Source of the DNA: an uncultured Anaerolineales bacterium
GTDB lineage: Bacteria > Chloroflexota > Anaerolineae > B4-G1
Direction: 5' to 3'
Assembly: GCA_964530325.1 (NCBI GenBank)
Contig: CAZHAX010000002.1
Span: forward strand, 6,400 to 70,399
Length of the DNA stretch: 64,000 nucleotides
Positions 55,256-64,000 of this stretch are shown one piece after another. The position numbers and the translations under genes were made by a program. The notes under the pieces were generated by a model, which ran no database searches, was not told where the DNA came from, and was given only the letters and a program-made list of their open reading frames with translations. The number at the start of each line of letters is the position of its first letter. The first letter of the stretch is position 1.

Positions 55256-55460
55256 GATAGCCGGGTCTCCGGTCCCGGAGCTGGGGTCGCCCCGGTTGTC
55301 TCGGTTTCTAGATTGTGCTTCCAGTCGCCGCGCCTAGCAGCAACCCTCTGCGAGCGCTGCTCCGTCTCGGGTGGGCCTTCTGCAACAGGCTGCGCCAGCC
55401 CGCCCGGCTCTCGCGCGTGGGCGGCGCCGTGCTGGCCCACTCGCAGTCTCGCGCCTTTCC

Positions 55461-55489
55461 TTGACGCCTCATCCCCTTGCCTGTAGAAT
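55461..55489 (+). promoter_or_regulatory. Leaderless-type promoter
   Basis: TTGACG-17-TAGAAT, 8 nt before ATG 55498, no SD sequence. Confidence 0.7.
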
Positions 55490-55497
55490 ACGCGCGT

Positions 55498-56346
55498 ATG
55501 GGGCGGCCACCTGTTGTCACCTTGACGACCGACTTCGGGATGGCCGACGGCTATGTGGCGGCGATGAAGGGGGTCATTCTCCGTATCGCCCCGGAAGCGC
55601 ACCTGATCGATATCTCGCACGAGATTGAGCCCCACCGCGTGCGAGTTGCAGCTTTCGTGCTCTACGCTGCCTACTCGTACTTCCCCGACCACACAATTCA
55701 CATCGTGGTCGTAGACCCCGGGGTGGGCGGTGACAGGCGGGCTATCGCCTTCGGCACGCCCGCGGGCAGTTTTGTTGGTCCGGACAACGGCGTCTTCACC
55801 TACATAATGGCACGGGAGGAGATTCAGCAGCTGGTCGAGTTGCGAGAGCCAGGCTACCGGCTCGATCCGCTGAGCGGCACGTTCCATGGCCGAGACCTCT
55901 TCGCGCCAGCTGCCGCCCATCTGGCCACAGGCACGCCACTGGGCGACCTGGGTCCTTCAGTCGACGATCCCGTTACTCTCGCACTACCGCTATTGGAGGT
56001 CGGCCCGGCGTCGCTGAAGGGGGAGGTGATGCACGTCGATCGCTTCGGCAACGCGATAACGAGCATCGGCCGGCTGGCATGGCGCGGCGCGGAGCTGGTG
56101 CTCGATCCGGCCTTCGGGCGGGGCGGGCCGTCGGGAGGAGCGGCCTTCTCCGCTCAGGGCGCCGTGACGGACGCTGCGGGCTGGGAGATCACCGGCATCT
56201 GCCGTACGTATGCTGAGGCAGACCGGGACCAAGTGCTGGCCCTGGTCGGCAGCGGGGGATATCTGGAGATCGCCATGCGTGAAGGGAGCGCCGCCCGGGA
56301 GTTACGTTTGAGTGCTGGAGCTCCCGTGGTGGTTCGCTATTCATAG
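55498..56346 (+). CDS. DUF62 SAM hydroxide adenosyltransferase (chlorinase/fluorinase superfamily)
   Basis: [45 protein letters not shown]; Asp-Arg-His triad present. Confidence 0.9.
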   Translation: MGRPPVVTLTTDFGMADGYVAAMKGVILRIAPEAHLIDISHEIEPHRVRVAAFVLYAAYSYFPDHTIHIVVVDPGVGGDRRAIAFGTPAGSFVGPDNGVFTYIMAREEIQQLVELREPGYRLDPLSGTFHGRDLFAPAAAHLATGTPLGDLGPSVDDPVTLALPLLEVGPASLKGEVMHVDRFGNAITSIGRLAWRGAELVLDPAFGRGGPSGGAAFSAQGAVTDAAGWEITGICRTYAEADRDQVLALVGSGGYLEIAMREGSAARELRLSAGAPVVVRYS

Positions 56347-56386
56347 GCAGTCTGGAGCCGTGCTCCGGATCTGTTGGAGGGCTGCG

Positions 56387-57664
56387 ATGGAAGGATTCGC
56401 AATCGAAGGTGGGCATCCTCTCTCTGGTACGATCGTACCGAGCGGGAACAAGAACGCTGCCCTGCCGCTGCTGGCGGCCTGCCTGCTCACGGACGAGCCG
56501 GTGACGCTGCACAACGTCCCCGCCGTGGGTGATGCGGAGACGATGGGCGAGCTGCTAGCCCACGTCGGGGCTTCAGTGGAGAAACGGGATGCGAACACCT
56601 GGCGCGTGACTGCGGCGAAGATCTGCACTACCGACCTTCCGGCGGAGCTATTTGGCAGCATCAGGGGCTCGATCACTCTCGCCGGACCTATGCTGGCCCG
56701 GGCGGGTTCGGTGCGGGTGCCCCGCCCAGGCGGCGATGTGATCGGCCGGCGCCGGGTGGACACGCACTTTCTGGCCCTCAGCGGGCTTGGGGCGGAGATG
56801 GACGATGGTTCCACTTTCCGCCTGCGGGGCAAGCGGCTGCGCGGCGCCGACGTCCTCCTCGACGAGGCGAGTGTGACCGCCACAGAGAACGCGATAATGG
56901 CCGCCGTGTTGGCCGAAGGTACCACTACCCTGCGCAATGCCGCCTCTGAGCCGCACGTGCAGGATCTCTGCCACCTGCTCTGCTCGATGGGTGCCAAGAT
57001 AGGTGGTATTGGCTCGAACACGCTGACCATACACGGAGTCGATCAGCTCAAGGGGTGCGAGTATACGCTTGGACCCGACTACATGGAGGTTGGCAGCTAC
57101 ATCGCTCTGGCAGCGGTGACCGGAGGGGAGCTCCTGATCAAGGGCGCGGCGCCGCAGCAGCTATCGATGGTTAGTATCGTCTTCGAGCGCCTGGGCGTGC
57201 GCTTCGAAGCGCGCGGGCAGGATGTCTTCGTTCCCACGGAGCAGCCCCTGGAGATTGTCCCTGATATCGGAGGGGCGATCCCATCCATATACGATGCCCC
57301 TTGGCCCGCCTTTCCTGCCGACCTGATGAGCATCGCCATTGTCGTCGCCACGCAGTCTTCTGGGACGGTCCTCTTCCACGAGAAGATGTTCGAGAGCCGT
57401 CTCTTCTGGGTCGACAAGCTGATCTCGATGGGTGCGCGAGTGATCCTATGCGACCCGCACCGCTGCGTGGTGCAGGGGCCGTCGCCGCTTCACGGCGACG
57501 AGGTGGATAGCCCGGACATCCGGGCCGGGATGGCGCTGCTCATCGCCGCGCTGTGCGCCGACGGCAGGAGCGTCATCCGGAACATCCGGCAGATCGACCG
57601 CGGCTACGAAAGGGTGGAGGAGAAGCTGCGCTCGGTGGGGGCGAAGATAGAGCGCATCTCCTGA
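56387..57664 (+). CDS. murA: UDP-N-acetylglucosamine 1-carboxyvinyltransferase, Asp-type
   Basis: [62 protein letters not shown]. Confidence 0.95.
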   Translation: MEGFAIEGGHPLSGTIVPSGNKNAALPLLAACLLTDEPVTLHNVPAVGDAETMGELLAHVGASVEKRDANTWRVTAAKICTTDLPAELFGSIRGSITLAGPMLARAGSVRVPRPGGDVIGRRRVDTHFLALSGLGAEMDDGSTFRLRGKRLRGADVLLDEASVTATENAIMAAVLAEGTTTLRNAASEPHVQDLCHLLCSMGAKIGGIGSNTLTIHGVDQLKGCEYTLGPDYMEVGSYIALAAVTGGELLIKGAAPQQLSMVSIVFERLGVRFEARGQDVFVPTEQPLEIVPDIGGAIPSIYDAPWPAFPADLMSIAIVVATQSSGTVLFHEKMFESRLFWVDKLISMGARVILCDPHRCVVQGPSPLHGDEVDSPDIRAGMALLIAALCADGRSVIRNIRQIDRGYERVEEKLRSVGAKIERIS

Positions 57665-57679
57665 GCGCGCTGCTTCTGC

Positions 57680-58207
57680 CTAGGGCACCACATAGGTATC
57701 GACCAGCTCGCCATCGGCGTCCCTCAGCGTCAGCAGGTCGCCGCTGCCCCAGGCCGGGGATGTCCGTCCCCAATAGACGACGGCCGGTCCGGACGTGCCT
57801 GATGTCGAGCGCAGCCGCACCTCGCCGCCCAGGAAGAGCGTCAGGTCGGGAAAGCGGAACGCATCGCCTCTCGTATCTGCAAGGGTCCAGCCCGTCATGT
57901 TGACCAGCTCCGCGCGATTGTAGAGGATCACCAGCTCGGCGTCGAGGTTGCCTGCGTCCAGCACCTGGCCGATCTCCACAGGTGGCTCGGAGGGAGTTGT
58001 GGGTTGCGGGTCAGGAGAGGCAGTCGGGCCGTCGGCCGCGGGCGTGAAGGGGGCGGTAGTGCCCGCTGCGGGTGAGGCGAGCGCTCCGGTCGGAGCCGTC
58101 GGGCTGGCCCGCTCGGTGCCCTGCCGGGCAAGAAGGAACGTGGCTGCCGCCGTAGCTAGCACGGCCACGGTGACCACAGCGGCGATCGCCAGCCTGCGTT
58201 CCTGCAT
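57680..58207 (-). CDS. Membrane-anchored lamin-tail-domain protein
   Basis: N-terminal TM, PT-rich linker, ELVILYN...VNMTGWTL.D, VYWG, W.SGD.LTLRDADGELVD; minus-strand TGTGC-TAGAAT at 58302-58297. Confidence 0.8.
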   Translation of the reverse strand: MQERRLAIAAVVTVAVLATAAATFLLARQGTERASPTAPTGALASPAAGTTAPFTPAADGPTASPDPQPTTPSEPPVEIGQVLDAGNLDAELVILYNRAELVNMTGWTLADTRGDAFRFPDLTLFLGGEVRLRSTSGTSGPAVVYWGRTSPAWGSGDLLTLRDADGELVDTYVVP

Positions 58208-58360
58208 TGAATCGAATGCCTCCCCCGGCAGCCGCGGCCGACTGCACGCGTCTCAAAACGCATGGCCGCTTCGACGTCCACCGCGTTCCGTCCACCATTC
58301 TAGCACAAAGCTGTGGGATAGGTAGAGCTGTTCGCCCCTCGCGGTCCGGAATGGCGTTGA

Positions 58361-58389
58361 TTGCCAAGGCCGCCCGCTTGTGATAGACT
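58361..58389 (+). promoter_or_regulatory. Promoter of repeat-domain lipoprotein 1
   Basis: TTGCCA-17-TAGACT with TGn. Confidence 0.6.
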
Positions 58390-58498
58390 AGCACAATGAG
58401 ACCGCCGCACTCTGTTGGGGTGCAGTTGCGCCGGATCGCCAGCGGGGTCAAGCGTGCTGCCCGCTGGCAGGTCCGGGTGCATACTAGAAAGGAGCGAG

Positions 58499-59041
58499 AT
58501 GAGGTACGGAAGGTTTGCCTTGGCGCTGGCCTTGCTGGTGACGGCCGTGGCCTGCACGGGAGGTGGAGATGACACGACGACTGATGATGGTGACGCCATC
58601 GTGACAGACGAGCTCGACTTCACGGCCGATGCCGCTTTCGGCGGTGTAGAGCTCGAGTCCGGCTTCATGCCGGATCCCTATACGGTGGACGTGCTGAGCG
58701 GCGGAACCGTCGACGTCGATGCCCTGGATATCGGCTCCGATTGCCGCGGCTATGCAGCCACGGCGCCGGACTTCAGGTTAATCCTCTCCGATTCGTCCGC
58801 CATGATCCGCATCTTCTTCGTTGCCGATGAGTCCGGCGAGGATGCTACTCTGATCATCAACGAGCCTGGCGCCGGCTGGGTCTGCAACGACGACTATGGT
58901 GGCGTCAATCCTATGCTCGAGTTCGCGCCGGCGGACGAAGGCACGTACGACATCTGGGTCGGCAGCTTCAGCGCTGATGACCTGATAGTGGGCACCCTCT
59001 ATATCACCGAGCTGGCCTACGAGCCGAGCGACGTACAGTAA
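58499..59041 (+). CDS. Acidic lipoprotein with one GFxPDP/CNDD (PPC-like) domain (180 aa)
   Basis: RBS AAGGAG; lipobox AVAC; ELESGFMPDP, C.GY, PDFRL, WVCNDD, YDIWVGSF. Confidence 0.75.
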   Translation: MRYGRFALALALLVTAVACTGGGDDTTTDDGDAIVTDELDFTADAAFGGVELESGFMPDPYTVDVLSGGTVDVDALDIGSDCRGYAATAPDFRLILSDSSAMIRIFFVADESGEDATLIINEPGAGWVCNDDYGGVNPMLEFAPADEGTYDIWVGSFSADDLIVGTLYITELAYEPSDVQ

Positions 59042-59060
59042 CTCATAGAGGTACCGTCTC

Positions 59061-59091
59061 AGCAGCCAGGGCGCTCGGGGCCCTGGCTGCT
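59061..59091 (+). terminator. Terminator-like hairpin
   Basis: AGCAGCCAGGGC-7 nt-GCCCTGGCTGCT, 12-bp perfect stem. Confidence 0.65.
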
Positions 59092-59161
59092 TGCACGTCC
59101 GGACGGCGTGCGCCGCCGAGCCAGGCGCCACTCTTGCCTTGCGATTGGCACCAGAGACCTA

Positions 59162-59190
59162 TTGCCCGGCGTGGGGCCTTGTGCTAGACT
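59162..59190 (+). promoter_or_regulatory. Promoter of repeat-domain lipoprotein 2
   Basis: TTGCCC-17-TAGACT with TGn. Confidence 0.6.
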
Positions 59191-59379
59191 GACACCAGTT
59201 GCGAGCTACACCGCTGCTCTGCAGATTCCGGGGCTGCGGCTGCTCATGGCGCAGCCGCACTTCCGGATGCTGCCGTGCCCAGTGCTTCCTTGCCCCGTTG
59301 CCCGGCGCAGGGGAGCTTGGGGGCGCCTATGGCATTGTGGCTGGCAGCGCAGAGACCAAACTACGAATGGAGGAATCAA

Positions 59380-60453
59380 GTGAGATCGCTAAGACTGACG
59401 TTCGCGGCCGTGCTGCTTCTGTCGATGCTTGCCTGTTCGCTGGGCGGAGGAGAAGAGGAAGCCACCCCGACGAGGACCACTGTTCCCACGCGTACGCCCA
59501 GGCCAGAACAGCCCACACGCATGCCCACCGAGGAGCAGGATGCGCCACCCGGCGACGGCCTCGATTTCAGGCTGGAGCCCAATTTCGGTGAGGTGGAGCT
59601 GGAATCAGGCTTCTTGCCCGATCCGTTCACGGTGGCTGTGGTCAGCGGCGGGCCCGTCTACGTTATCGACTATGACCTGGGCGACGAGTGCTGGGGATAC
59701 GCCACCAGCTCTCCTGACTTTCGCCTGTATCTCACCGATTCGTCCCCGGGCCTGCGCTTCTTCTTCGTCGCGGACGTGCTGAACGATGATGCGACGCTGA
59801 TCGTCAACACGCCGGACAACGAGTGGGTGTGCAACGACGACTACGGCAGCGGGGTCGATCCGCTGGTTCAGCTGGTTCCAGCCGGCGCTGGCCAGTATGA
59901 CATCTGGGTGGCCAGCTTCAGCGAGGACGAGTTCGTGGATGGCACGCTCTACATAACCGAGATGGACATCACTCCGGATGACTACAGCGACGGCGCGTCC
60001 TTACCGCCGGCGGGTGGCAACGGGCTCGATTACAGCCTGGAGCCCAACTACGGCGAGGTCGAGCTGGCGTCCGGCTTCGTGCCTGATCCGTACAGTCTCG
60101 AGATGATCGCCGGGGGGCCGGTCGACGTCTACGCCTATGACCTGGGTGATGACTGCTGGGGATACGCAACCAGCTCTCCTGACTTCAGGCTGTATCTGAC
60201 GGACGCATCCTCCGGAATGCGTATCTTCTTTGTCGCAGATGGATCCGACGAGGACACGACGCTGATCATAAACACCCCCACTGGGGCATGGGTCTGCAAC
60301 GACGACTACGACAGCGGATACGATCCGATGGTCGAGCTGGCGCCGGCTGCAGCAGGCCAATACGACATCTGGGTGGGTAGCTTCAGCGAGGACGAGTACG
60401 TGGGGGGCACGCTCTACATCACCGAGGTAGCCCTCTCGCCCGGCGACTTCTGA
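59380..60453 (+). CDS. Acidic lipoprotein with two tandem GFxPDP/CNDD (PPC-like) domains (357 aa)
   Basis: RBS GGAGG, GTG start, lipobox MLAC, PT linker, two near-identical domains of about 135 aa. Confidence 0.78.
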   Translation: MRSLRLTFAAVLLLSMLACSLGGGEEEATPTRTTVPTRTPRPEQPTRMPTEEQDAPPGDGLDFRLEPNFGEVELESGFLPDPFTVAVVSGGPVYVIDYDLGDECWGYATSSPDFRLYLTDSSPGLRFFFVADVLNDDATLIVNTPDNEWVCNDDYGSGVDPLVQLVPAGAGQYDIWVASFSEDEFVDGTLYITEMDITPDDYSDGASLPPAGGNGLDYSLEPNYGEVELASGFVPDPYSLEMIAGGPVDVYAYDLGDDCWGYATSSPDFRLYLTDASSGMRIFFVADGSDEDTTLIINTPTGAWVCNDDYDSGYDPMVELAPAAAGQYDIWVGSFSEDEYVGGTLYITEVALSPGDF

Positions 60454-60474
60454 TAGGCTCAGCCGCTAGTCACG

Positions 60475-60509
60475 CTGGCAGCCCGGGCGACGTTCGCCTG
60501 GGCTGCCGG
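60475..60509 (+). terminator. Terminator-like hairpin
   Basis: CTGGCAGCCCGGGCGA-CGT-TCGCCTGGGCTGCCGG, 16-bp stem with two G-U pairs. Confidence 0.6.
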
Positions 60510-60538
60510 CACGTCTAGAGCCCACACCAGCAGCAGCG

Positions 60539-60567
60539 TTGTCAAACCCGGCGGGATGTGCTACACT
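60539..60567 (+). promoter_or_regulatory. Promoter of the nucleobase catabolism operon
   Basis: TTGTCA-17-TACACT with TGTG extended -10. Confidence 0.65.
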
Positions 60568-60618
60568 CCCGCCAGCCTGCCGGGTGAGTCGTTCCTGCCT
60601 GCGTCGGCCTAGCAGAAG

Positions 60619-61974
60619 ATGACCACGCTGCTTCTCAAGGGTGCTGACCTTCTCGTCACCATGGACGATGAGGACCGTCGGATCAGGGACGGCGGTCTCT
60701 TCGCCCGCGGCAACGTCGTCGAGCAGGTGGCGCCCAGCGCCGACCTCCCGCCTGACGCGGATTTGGTCGTCGATGCCAGCGGGATGGTCGTGCTGCCTGG
60801 GCTAGTCAACGCCCATCACCACCTGTACCAGACGCTCACCAGGGCGATCCCTGCCGCGCAGGATGCCCGCCTCTTCTCCTGGCTGAAGACACATTACCCG
60901 ATCTGGGCCGGGCTGACCGGCGAAGCGGTATACGTCAGCGCGCTGATCGGGCTGAGCGAACTGGTGCTCTCCGGATGCACCACGTCGTCCGACCATTTGT
61001 ACATCTATCCCAATGATTGCACCATCGATGACGAGATTCGGGCCGCGCAGGAATTGGGAATGCGCTTTCACGCCTGCCGCGGCTCGATGAGTCTGGGGGA
61101 GAGCCAGGGGGGCCTGCCGCCGGACGACGTCGTGGAGACGGAAGATGAGATCCTGCGCGATACGCGGCGAGCGATCGAGACCTACCACGATCCGGAGTCC
61201 TATTCGATGCTCCGGGTTGGTGTGGCGCCCTGCTCGCCCTTCTCGGTGACGCAGGACCTGATGCGCGAGTCGGCCGACCTGGCCCGGTCGTACGGGGTGC
61301 GCCTCCATACTCACCTGGCGGAGACCGTCGATGAGGAGGACTTCTGCATGCAGAAGTTCGGATGCCGGCCGGTGGAGTATGCCGCCGACCTGGGCTGGGT
61401 GGGCGACGACGTGTGGCATGCCCACTGCGTGCACGTGAGCACAGGGGAAGTCGATCTCTTTGCCAAGACCGGAACTGCTGTATGCCATTGCCCCAGCTCG
61501 AACATGCGGCTGGGCTCGGGGATTGCCCCGGTGCGTGACCTTCTCGAAGCGGGGGTGGCCGTCGGGCTGGGCGTTGATGGCTCGGCAAGCAACGACTCTT
61601 CCCACCTGCTGGCGGAGGCGAGGATCGCGCTCCTGCTGCAGCGCGTATCCGGTGATCCCAGCGCGCTCTCGGCCAGGGAGGCGCTGTTGCTGGCCACCAG
61701 GGGTGGGGCGCAGGCGCTGGGCCGGGATGATATCGGCCAGTTGGCGCCGGGGAAGGCGGCCGATTTCATAGGGCTGCGTCTGGATCGGCTCGACTACGCC
61801 GGGGCCCTCAACGACCCGCGCGGGGCCCTGGTCCTCTGCGCGCCGCAGCGTGTCGACCTTTCTGTGATCGACGGCCGGGTCGTCGTCGAGAACGGCCGGC
61901 TGCAAACTGTGGATGTTGGGCCAGTGATCGAAAGACACAACCAGATCAGCCTGGAACTGGCCGGCGCGGCCTGA
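60619..61974 (+). CDS. Amidohydrolase, 8-oxoguanine deaminase/AtzB-like
   Basis: PGLVNAHHHLYQTLTR, DHLY, RGSMS, APCSPFSV, LHTHLAE, WHAHCVH, HCPSSNMRLGSG, GVDGSASND. Confidence 0.85.
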   Translation: MTTLLLKGADLLVTMDDEDRRIRDGGLFARGNVVEQVAPSADLPPDADLVVDASGMVVLPGLVNAHHHLYQTLTRAIPAAQDARLFSWLKTHYPIWAGLTGEAVYVSALIGLSELVLSGCTTSSDHLYIYPNDCTIDDEIRAAQELGMRFHACRGSMSLGESQGGLPPDDVVETEDEILRDTRRAIETYHDPESYSMLRVGVAPCSPFSVTQDLMRESADLARSYGVRLHTHLAETVDEEDFCMQKFGCRPVEYAADLGWVGDDVWHAHCVHVSTGEVDLFAKTGTAVCHCPSSNMRLGSGIAPVRDLLEAGVAVGLGVDGSASNDSSHLLAEARIALLLQRVSGDPSALSAREALLLATRGGAQALGRDDIGQLAPGKAADFIGLRLDRLDYAGALNDPRGALVLCAPQRVDLSVIDGRVVVENGRLQTVDVGPVIERHNQISLELAGAA

Positions 61975-62017
61975 GCTGCGTCGGCGGTTTGATCGTCGGG
62001 CTGAAGAAGAGGACAAG

Positions 62018-62578
62018 ATGCAAACCCAGCTGCTGGATCTGCTGATGGCGCGCAAGGCCACGAGGGCTATCGCCAGCCGGGACGTGGAGCAGGAGAAGGT
62101 AGCCGCCCTGTTCGAGGCGGCTCGCCTCTCCGCCTCCTGTTCAAACAACCAGCCGTGGCGGTTTCTCGCGCTAACCGCGCCGGCGGCCCTGGAAAAGGGA
62201 CGCGAGGCGCTCACAGGAGGCAACTACTGGGCGAAGGCGGCGCCGGTGCTGATCTACGGCTACTCGAAGCCGGACCTGGACTGCCAGATAGCGGGCCGCA
62301 ACTACTACCTCTTCGACCTGGGGATGGCCGTCCAGAACATCCTGCTCCAGGCGACTGAGTTGGATCTCGTGGCGCGTCCTATGGCCGGCTTCTCTCCCAG
62401 CAAGGTCAGGGAGGCCTTTGGCCTGGCCGATGAGTGCGAGGTGATGGTGGCGATCGCCGTCGGCTACGAGGGCGACGTCTCGACGCTATCCGAGAGGCAT
62501 CAGCAGATGTCGCAGGCCCCGCGGGAGCGCAAGCCCCTTGGCGAGATCGTCTCATTCAACGGCCTGGGGGAAGGATAG
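62018..62578 (+). CDS. Nitroreductase-family protein
   Basis: ARKATR, AARLSASCSNNQPWRF, FDLGMA.QN..LQA, MAGF, RERKPL. Confidence 0.88.
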   Translation: MQTQLLDLLMARKATRAIASRDVEQEKVAALFEAARLSASCSNNQPWRFLALTAPAALEKGREALTGGNYWAKAAPVLIYGYSKPDLDCQIAGRNYYLFDLGMAVQNILLQATELDLVARPMAGFSPSKVREAFGLADECEVMVAIAVGYEGDVSTLSERHQQMSQAPRERKPLGEIVSFNGLGEG

Positions 62579-62581
62579 GGA

Positions 62582-63988
62582 ATGGCAAAGAAGGGCTCTG
62601 GAGGATCGCTGCTGATCCGGGGAGGCACGGTTGTCGCGCCTTCCGGCCCCCTGGAGGCTGACTTGCTGATCCGGGGTGAGCTGGTCCAGGCCATTGGCCA
62701 GGATCTACCAGCCGGGAATGCGGAGGTGCTCGATGCCAATGGGTGCATCGTGCTGCCCGGCGTCATCGATGCGCATACCCACATAGCTCTCGATACCGGC
62801 ATATACCAGACGTCCGACGATTGGTTCACGGCGACCAGAGCCGCTGCATTCGGCGGCGTAACAACCGTGATCGACTTCGCCACACAGAGCAAGGGGCAGT
62901 CCTTGAGGCAGGCGGTCGAGGAGCGGCTGGCGGAGGCGAAGGAGGCGACCATCGACTACGGTCTACACGTGATGGTCACCGACCTGCCGCCGGGGCGAGA
63001 GGCTGAGCTGGAGGACCTGGTGGAGATGGGCGCTCCAAGCATCAAGCTCTATACCACCTACCGGCCCAACTACTACGCAGACGATGCCACCATCCTTCGT
63101 CTCTTCCGGGCCTGCTCGGCCCTTGCTATCCGCCCCCTGGTCCACTGCGAGAACGACGATCTCATAGCGGCGGAGACGGAGGCGCTTGTGGCCACCGGCC
63201 AAACGGGCTGGCGCAATCACGGCCGCTCTCGTCCCCCTCTGGCCGAGCAGGAAGCCGTGCAGAGGATCCTCCTCCTGGCGGAGATGGCCGGGTGTCCGGT
63301 GCACATAGTGCACTGCACCACCGCGCAATCAGTCGACTTCATCGTCAGCGCGCAGGCTGAGGGGCAGATCGTCTCCTGCGAGACCTGTCCCCAGTACCTG
63401 CTGCTCGATGAGGAGTGCTACGAACGCGCGGATCCCTGGCAGTACGTGCTGCAGCCGCCCCTGCGGGATGGCTGGGATGCTGTTGCCCTGGGCATGTCGT
63501 TGCAGATAGGGGATATCGACCTGGTGGCCACGGACCACTGCGACTATACGCGCGACCAGAAGATGGCCTACGATGACTTCACCAAGACGCCGGGTGGCCT
63601 GCCCGGGCTGGAGACGCTGTTGCCGTTGATGTATACCTACGGAGTAGCTGAGGAGAGGGTCTCTCTGCTCAGGCTGGCTCAGGTCCTCTGCACCAACCCG
63701 GCGGCTGTTTGGGGGCTGTGGCCCCTCAAGGGCGCGCTCTTGCCCGGGTTCGATGCGGATGTGGTGATCTACGATCCGCGGACGCAATCGAGGATCGAGG
63801 CGCAGCGCCTTCATCACGTGGCTGGCTACACTCCTTACGAGGGCATGCCCGTACAGGGCGAGGTGAAGGCGACAATCCTGCGCGGGCAGGTAGTCTACAT
63901 CGATGGTGAGTTCGTCGGAAGTAGAGGCGCAGGCAGGTTCGTGCCGCGAAGGCTGCCCACGGTGGGCGCACCTGGGACTGCCCGGTAG
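62582..63988 (+). CDS. hydA: Dihydropyrimidinase/D-hydantoinase
   Basis: PGVIDAHTH, GGVTTVIDF, SIKLY, VHCEN, VHCTT, ETCPQYL, PPLR, ATDHC, PGGLPGLET. Confidence 0.8.
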   Translation: MAKKGSGGSLLIRGGTVVAPSGPLEADLLIRGELVQAIGQDLPAGNAEVLDANGCIVLPGVIDAHTHIALDTGIYQTSDDWFTATRAAAFGGVTTVIDFATQSKGQSLRQAVEERLAEAKEATIDYGLHVMVTDLPPGREAELEDLVEMGAPSIKLYTTYRPNYYADDATILRLFRACSALAIRPLVHCENDDLIAAETEALVATGQTGWRNHGRSRPPLAEQEAVQRILLLAEMAGCPVHIVHCTTAQSVDFIVSAQAEGQIVSCETCPQYLLLDEECYERADPWQYVLQPPLRDGWDAVALGMSLQIGDIDLVATDHCDYTRDQKMAYDDFTKTPGGLPGLETLLPLMYTYGVAEERVSLLRLAQVLCTNPAAVWGLWPLKGALLPGFDADVVIYDPRTQSRIEAQRLHHVAGYTPYEGMPVQGEVKATILRGQVVYIDGEFVGSRGAGRFVPRRLPTVGAPGTAR

Positions 63989-64000
63989 CTGTAGGAGGGC

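Noticed and set aside
55498-56346. Fluorinase/chlorinase (natural-product halogenation)
   Set aside because: The Asp-Arg-His triad of the DUF62 hydrolases is present and there is no biosynthetic cluster nearby.

Overview
High-GC (roughly two-thirds by eye) bacterial chromosome segment, most likely Chloroflexota (Anaerolineae-like), judged from protein architectures, C-terminal tails and a GAAC-N4-GTTC SOS box. Mostly core and accessory genes. I found no rRNA, tRNA, CRISPR array, integrase or transposase. In order: a 5'-truncated secreted protein; phnDCE with an unusually expanded permease; two GT2 glycosyltransferases; an HNH nuclease; an 11-kb minus-strand signalling cluster (HTH-REC regulator, two cytoplasmic LacI-type-ligand-domain histidine kinases, a membrane GAF kinase, two Rcp1-like receivers, a hybrid kinase); uvrB; lipoproteins; a core-MetE (MesB-like) methionine synthase; an LPVTG-anchored protein; a 1468-aa unknown secreted protein; a UbiA-family enzyme; tlyA; two sugar ABC permeases plus a GT-C enzyme; lepA; a two-component pair followed by a His-less protoglobin-like gene; a large subtilase; a CpaM-like methyltransferase / unknown gene / fused HgcAB-like corrinoid-ferredoxin locus; MoxR-DUF58-DUF4129; DUF62; Asp-type murA; tandem repeat-domain lipoproteins; and a deaminase-nitroreductase-dihydropyrimidinase operon. 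Strongest leads: (1) the HgcAB-like fusion with its methyltransferase partner; (2) two promoters 24 kb apart with the same GTAAC-N6-GTAAC-N33-(-10) architecture, pointing to one regulon; (3) LacI-domain cytoplasmic kinases, with two of the three Cph1-type kinases carrying a non-canonical HH H-box. All family calls come from motif recognition by eye; no database searches were run.
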